DNA of 33,713 nucleotides from Candidatus Peregrinibacteria bacterium. GTDB lineage: Bacteria > Patescibacteriota > Gracilibacteria > UM-FILTER-43-11. The translations under genes and the position numbers were made by a program. The notes under the pieces are model-generated. The model was not told where the DNA came from and did not search any database. It saw only the letters and a program-made list of their open reading frames with translations. The DNA lies in the NCBI GenBank assembly GCA_030618315.1, contig JAUXDO010000002.1, positions 1 through 33,713 of the forward strand, read 5' to 3'. Shown piece by piece: positions 26,401 to 31,344 of the stretch (positions within the stretch are counted from its first letter, which is position 1; each line of letters starts with the position of its first letter).

Positions 26401-27093
26401 CTTCATGTATTGAAGAGGCCATGTTAAATCGTTACCTGAAGGACTTTTATCTTCAATTTTTGTAATACCAAGTTCTGATCTGTATGTTGATTCCATAACT
26501 CCACATGGATCTACATATGTTTTACTGGTACTTGCCCTTCTTCTGGCTGCTTCTTCCATTTCCGGTGTCCAGTATCTTAGTGACTCGTCTGCGCCCCATG
26601 AACTTCGTTTGATAATAGAATAATTTCTTGCGACTATTTGTGTACTCGCATACAGGTTGGAGGTATCAAGAGCTTCAGGCCCACCGATTTCACGGATCTC
26701 ATCCGGTTCATGATAAAAAATACTGAGTTTAAGAGTAATTGGATCACCCCTAATTCTCTTAAATTGAATCGTACTTGTTGGCGAACTGAATATAAGTGCC
26801 TCAGGTCCATATCCCTCATTTTCAATTATAACTTTTTCCCAGCCATAACCAATATCTACCATTAGATCGTCGATTTCTTCATCGAATTGTACAGCTATTA
26901 CATTAAATAGATTGTCTTCAAAAATAACTTCCGAAAGTATTTCGCCACCAACATTCTGCAAAGTTATTTCTTTTTCTGAATAATCCATTGCAAAAGTTTT
27001 TGGCACAATGACGCTGATTATCAGACTTAAAATAATTAACAGAAAACCGAATTTTAACAATCGAAGAATCATATTTATTTTTATTTTTTGCAC
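23416..27093 (-). CDS. multidomain peptidoglycan hydrolase: N-acetylmuramoyl-L-alanine amidase (amidase_2/PGRP) + 4 Ig-like repeats + SpoIID/LytB domain
   Basis: Amidase_2 block FVIHHTDS...[32 protein letters not shown]...[20 protein letters not shown]. Four repeats of about 115 aa follow (pattern KNTG..W...). The C-terminal SpoIID-like block is [34 protein letters not shown]...[19 protein letters not shown]. The track start is GTG 27093. ATG 27072 gives a better signal peptide ([28 protein letters not shown]). Confidence 0.85.
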   Translation of the reverse strand: [1225 protein letters not shown]

Positions 27094-27153
27094 CTATATA
27101 GGTTGTACAAATATTGTATACTACTTGCACATTTAAATAAAGAGATTTTTTGA

Positions 27154-27414
27154 TTATTCAACTAGACTAGTAACCTTTGCAATAAGTATTTCAAGTTCTT
27201 CTGTCGGTAATTTTACAAGTTCTTCTCTGGTACCAATAATTGTTATGCTTTTTGGTGCAAAAGAAGCACGACAACGCTTTGTCCCTAAAAGTATACTAAT
27301 AAGCTCTTCACGAGTATGTTTACCGCTACTTCTCAAGTCATCCAGATGAGACTTTAATCTACCCTCAAAAAGAAATGTACCTTCGGGACAACTAAGGTCT
27401 AATTTGTCATCCAT
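27154..27414 (-). CDS. hypothetical protein (86 aa)
   Basis: ORF only; no family recognised. Confidence 0.45.
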   Translation of the reverse strand: MDDKLDLSCPEGTFLFEGRLKSHLDDLRSSGKHTREELISILLGTKRCRASFAPKSITIIGTREELVKLPTEELEILIAKVTSLVE

Positions 27415-27551
27415 TATATTTGGTGAAATTAAGTTGGGCGATTATTATACAACTTTTTTGGCAATAATAACAATTATTACCCAATTTGATTTTTAATATT
27501 AATTTATTTTTGATACAATTGTGCTCAAGTTGTACCCTCTAATTAAATATC

Positions 27552-27809
27552 ATGAACAACAAAGAAAATAAACAACCTATAGCGTTTGTTTATCAAGAAA
27601 GCCCAATAAGTACTCCAAATTACAAAGTTTATAATGGAGATAATCAGGAGAGCTCTGAAGACCTTGCAGCTTTAGCTCATATTATTCGTGACTATAGAGA
27701 TCAGATTAAATTTCTTACACAGGCAGAAATTAATGATAGATATTCAATGGAGTCATCTTTGATAAGACCCTTTAGTGATAAGGAAATGGGACAAATACTT
27801 TTGGGATAA
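27552..27809 (+). CDS. hypothetical protein (85 aa)
   Basis: ORF preceded by an extended -10 (TGATACAAT, 27511-27519). No family recognised. Confidence 0.5.
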   Translation: MNNKENKQPIAFVYQESPISTPNYKVYNGDNQESSEDLAALAHIIRDYRDQIKFLTQAEINDRYSMESSLIRPFSDKEMGQILLG

Positions 27810-27965
27810 AGTCGACACTGTACGTTTATTGATAACCAAATCTGCCTGGTCCATCGTGGCGAACCCTATTTGTCGCGATTAATGCGTCTCGCTTTGCTGG
27901 ATGTAGAGCCAGCAATGGGTGAATTTTGAATATTTATATATTTTTGATATAATTGTTTATAAATA

Positions 27966-28424
27966 ATGCCCTTTAATAAAAAAATAAAAATGAATAATAA
28001 AATAGATAATTCGTTTTCAACCTCCTCGTCAGACAATCTTGGAAATTTTGATCATGCTCTAAGAAGTGGTTCGATGAGTGATATTCTTCCCAAACATGGC
28101 AATGGTTTTACATTTACAGCTCCGTATGGGATTGTCTCTGTTAAGCCAACTTCTGAAGCAATAGAGAAATTAATAGCTCTTATGAAAACATTTAATGTTT
28201 TTGAAAAAGACAATGAATCCATTCTGGATTGTTGGGTAAATCGTAAAGAATTGGAAGCTGGAGGCAATGTAAAGTGGGAATCCGGCCGTTATACGAGCAG
28301 GGCTGAAGATAAAATTACTTTGGAAGAGTGGATAGATGAGTCAAAAGTTGTTCCAATAAATAAAATGCAACAAAAAAGAAAGGAAATTGAAAACACTCTT
28401 GAGCATGTTAATCATGGCATTTAA
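27966..28424 (+). CDS. hypothetical protein (152 aa)
   Basis: ORF preceded by TTGAAT-N16-TATAAT with a TG extension (27926-27953). No family recognised. Confidence 0.5.
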   Translation: MPFNKKIKMNNKIDNSFSTSSSDNLGNFDHALRSGSMSDILPKHGNGFTFTAPYGIVSVKPTSEAIEKLIALMKTFNVFEKDNESILDCWVNRKELEAGGNVKWESGRYTSRAEDKITLEEWIDESKVVPINKMQQKRKEIENTLEHVNHGI

Positions 28425-29725
28425 CCAAATACCAATAAGTTTGGATTGATAAGAAGAATTAATCCGAGTGCTACCATAATAGTACCGCCTATTAAATGAG
28501 ACGCGCGGGTGTATTTGTGAGTGGTAAGACCTATGCGATCAAAGCTATACATAGCAATACCAAATATAATCAAGTCATCGACCATGTACATAAATATATA
28601 CATTGCGTTGTACATTTGCTTTCCTGCCCATGTCAAACCGCCAATATCAAGAATTTTTGTGAATGTCTGAGGTATCCCGACAGAGCATGCGAATTCAATA
28701 ATATTTACTGAGAACGCAAGCATTAAAATCCCAAGCATGGTAATAATTGTCATTGGACCTGTTGCATATGCCTTAATTTTTTCGGATGTTCTGCGTTTAG
28801 ATTTCAAACTGCCGACTTTGCATGCAGTATCTTCTTTATAGAATTTATATAAGAAGAATAATCCCGCTGATATAGCTACCAGACCTACTATAGGGGTAAC
28901 AATTGCATCCATTCCTACAAAATCCCATGCAGTCATCCAAACGTTTAGGATGAGATAATACATAACAGCTTCTGCAAAAATGAATATTCCTGCCATCTGG
29001 AACATGCGCTTTCGTGAACCGGCTTCCATCAAAATTGTTAAAAAGAGGACTAGTACCCACATTGCACATGGATTGAAGCCATCAACAAATCCTAAAATAA
29101 CAGAGAGAATCGGTAGTGAATATTTTTGAACATCCACTGGACCGATGAATGGGACAGTAACCCAATAATTAACATCATCTATTGCACATCCGATTTCCTC
29201 TCCGTCGATATTACATGTACCGGCAGAGGTTTCAATATGACTGCTTCCGCCAGCTAAGATAAACTCCTCAAATGTATATTGGGTCTGGCCTTTGGCATTG
29301 TCTACCAATGCACGTATTTTTTTACCTGTTGTTTTTTCTGTATCAAATCCCTGAAGAACAATACTATCTATTATTGTAATTGGAGTAACTTTTGGTATAC
29401 CTTCGAGTTCTGTAAGTTCTAAAAAATGACCCTTATGAATAGGGTCACCTATGTCATGAAAAACAACAATCAAATCTCCTCTTTCTTTTTGTAATTGATT
29501 TAAGAATTTTTTTTCAGCACGGCAATGATTGCAATTATCTCTTTCAAAAATTTCAATACGTACTGTTTCAGAGGCTGGAACAACGCAGTTTTCAGCAATC
29601 TCTTCGGCTACAGAGTCATTTATTGTTTCGACAGATGTGTCTTCGGCAGAATAGGCAAAAGGAGTCATCCCGCTTAGCGTGACGACCCCGATTGTTAATA
29701 TGATTAGTAGATTTTTGAGTTTCAT
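28421..29725 (-). CDS. fusion of secreted glutaredoxin/thioredoxin-like CxxC domain with DsbD/CcdA-like transmembrane thiol-disulfide transporter domain
   Basis: Signal peptide, then a thioredoxin-fold-like segment with CNHC (FERDNCNHCRAEKKFL). A polytopic membrane domain follows with Cys in TM segments (GFNPCAMW, EFACSVGIP), as in the DsbD_2/CcdA families. Confidence 0.7.
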   Translation of the reverse strand: MKLKNLLIILTIGVVTLSGMTPFAYSAEDTSVETINDSVAEEIAENCVVPASETVRIEIFERDNCNHCRAEKKFLNQLQKERGDLIVVFHDIGDPIHKGHFLELTELEGIPKVTPITIIDSIVLQGFDTEKTTGKKIRALVDNAKGQTQYTFEEFILAGGSSHIETSAGTCNIDGEEIGCAIDDVNYWVTVPFIGPVDVQKYSLPILSVILGFVDGFNPCAMWVLVLFLTILMEAGSRKRMFQMAGIFIFAEAVMYYLILNVWMTAWDFVGMDAIVTPIVGLVAISAGLFFLYKFYKEDTACKVGSLKSKRRTSEKIKAYATGPMTIITMLGILMLAFSVNIIEFACSVGIPQTFTKILDIGGLTWAGKQMYNAMYIFMYMVDDLIIFGIAMYSFDRIGLTTHKYTRASHLIGGTIMVALGLILLINPNLLVFG

Positions 29726-29946
29726 GGTTCTGTTCGGTTACGAACGTGGGCCTGCTGTCGCGTGGGCCTGTTTGAGTACAAACGTGAGCCTGTCCTGATT
29801 ACAGGACGTGGTCCTATTTTTATTATGATTAGTTGTATTACTAATAACAATAAGATAGTACCACGCGAGTAATCTCGCAGGCCCACGGCGTTACTACGCC
29901 AGGTCCACACGAGGTAATCCGAGTAGACCCACGCAAAGCAGTATTA
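29726..29946 (-). repeat. GC-rich dyad-symmetric intercistronic element, copy B (REP/BIME-like)
   Basis: Homologous to copy A in reverse complement. It begins (in gene orientation) on the TAA stop of the dsbA-like gene and ends at the ATG of the Grx-DsbD-like gene. Heads are at 29746, 29762, 29784 and 29808; inverted heads are at 29858, 29880, 29902 and 29926. Confidence 0.85.
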
Positions 29947-30663
29947 TTTAGCTAATTCCTCTTCAATTAAAGCTTCAAATGCAGCAAATGGCTGTGCGCC
30001 AGAAAGGAATCTTCCGTTTATAAAGAATGCAGGTGTACCTTGTACTCCGTAGCTTGAACCTTCCTTGGCATCAGCATCAACCTCGTCTGAGAACTTCTCT
30101 GAATCTAAACAATCTGCAATATCATAGCCCATATCGGATGCATACTTTTTTAAGCTGTCAGAATCAAGAGCTTGTGTATTTTCAAAAAGTTTGTCGTGGT
30201 ATTTCCAATAAGCCTCATCACCACCTAATTCATGTACACATTCTGTAGCCATTGCAGCAGGTTTTGCATTTTGATGAAATCCAAGAGGGAAATCACGGAA
30301 AACATATTTAACTTTTCCTGTATCTATGTATTTCTTTTGAATTTCTGTAAGCGTTTGATCTACATAACGTTTGCAGAATGGACATTGATACTCAGAAAAT
30401 TCGATAATTGTTACTGGTGCATTTGCATCGCCTTTAATGGCATCATCATCGATACTTACATCAATCGGTTCTGTTGGTGCAGGTGGCGGAGTGTTTTTCT
30501 CCTGTTGCTTCTTTACATAAGCTTCAATACTAACTTCAACTTTTTCATTAAAGTTTTCTTCTGCATGAAACTGAGCAGAACTAACTGTGGTGTAAACTGA
30601 AACAGCTAAAGCAATAACTGAAAGTGCAAGTGCAACAGATAAAAGTTTCTTATTATTAAGCAT
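29944..30663 (-). CDS. DsbA/BdbD-like thiol-disulfide oxidoreductase, membrane-anchored
   Basis: N-terminal anchor LLSVALALSVIALAVSVY. Thioredoxin_4-type block APVTIIEFSEYQCPFCKRY with the CPFC active site. Confidence 0.85.
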   Translation of the reverse strand: MLNNKKLLSVALALSVIALAVSVYTTVSSAQFHAEENFNEKVEVSIEAYVKKQQEKNTPPPAPTEPIDVSIDDDAIKGDANAPVTIIEFSEYQCPFCKRYVDQTLTEIQKKYIDTGKVKYVFRDFPLGFHQNAKPAAMATECVHELGGDEAYWKYHDKLFENTQALDSDSLKKYASDMGYDIADCLDSEKFSDEVDADAKEGSSYGVQGTPAFFINGRFLSGAQPFAAFEALIEEELAK

Positions 30664-30730
30664 AAATTATTTTTTTATTGAATAAATATTTGCTATTGAA
30701 TTTTACAGATTTTTAAAAAAAATACAAATT

Positions 30731-31030
30731 TTATTTGTTTTGAGCTATTTTTATTACTTTAAGCAATTCTTCTACCATTTCGTCTACTCTTTTTTTCCTG
30801 CCTTCTTTCACCGCATTCTTCACACAATTGTTCATATGCCCCTCTAAAAGAATTAAATTTGCGGATTTCAACAAACCGATTACAGCAAGATTTTGCTGGA
30901 TAATATCAATGCAATATCGATTGTCTTCCAACATTGTTACAACTTTTTCGAGCGAACTTTTGGCTTTTTTAAAGGCAATAAGTGCCTTGTCTATATTGTG
31001 TGCCATAATTTTAATAAAAGAAGTACCCAT
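30731..31030 (-). CDS. csoR: CsoR/RcnR-family metal-sensing transcriptional repressor (Cu(I)-type C-H-C fingerprint)
   Basis: About 90-aa all-helical protein. Cys in YCIDI, then His exactly 25 residues later and Cys 4 residues after that (GHMNNC), i.e. C-x24-H-x3-C as in Cu-sensing CsoR. Alternative start at ATG 31006 (MAHNIDKA). Confidence 0.8.
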   Translation of the reverse strand: MGTSFIKIMAHNIDKALIAFKKAKSSLEKVVTMLEDNRYCIDIIQQNLAVIGLLKSANLILLEGHMNNCVKNAVKEGRKKRVDEMVEELLKVIKIAQNK

Positions 31031-31044
31031 ACCAGAGGTATAGG
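31026..31044. promoter_or_regulatory. candidate CsoR operator: inverted repeat CC-ATACC-AGA-GGTAT-GG overlapping the predicted +1
   Basis: ATACC (31029-31033) and GGTAT (31037-31041) form a 5-3-5 palindrome, extended by outer C/G pairs. It sits directly downstream of the -10 box. Confidence 0.4.
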
Positions 31045-31047
31045 TGT

Positions 31048-31076
31048 ATTATATTTGGATTAAAAATTAAAAGCAA
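31048..31076 (-). promoter_or_regulatory. sigma70-type promoter of the csoR-like gene (TTGCTT-N17-TATAAT)
   Basis: On the - strand, TTGCTT is the complement of 31071-31076 and TATAAT the complement of 31048-31053, with a 17-nt spacer. The palindrome lies immediately downstream. Confidence 0.55.
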
Positions 31077-31344
31077 ATATTGTTCAAAAAACTTAATTGA
31101 CAAAATGAACAAATCTTTATTAAAAAAATGTGGGTTTTATTTTAAAAAAAATAAAAAATTTGCATATAATAAGTAAGTATAGTATTTTTTTGGAAGTTAA
31201 AGATTTAACTTAGCAAAAAATAAAAAATAAAAGCTTCAATCAAAAGCTGGCAAATAACTTATTAATCAATAAGTCGCACAGATAAATGTGCGGTGCTTTG
31301 CTAAATATTTAACATTTTATTTTATTAAATTTTATTACTTAATT

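Noticed and set aside
29722-29910. 62-aa ORF on the - strand lying inside repeat copy B.
   Set aside because: The homologous copy A has no equivalent ORF. The sequence is better explained as a structured repeat.
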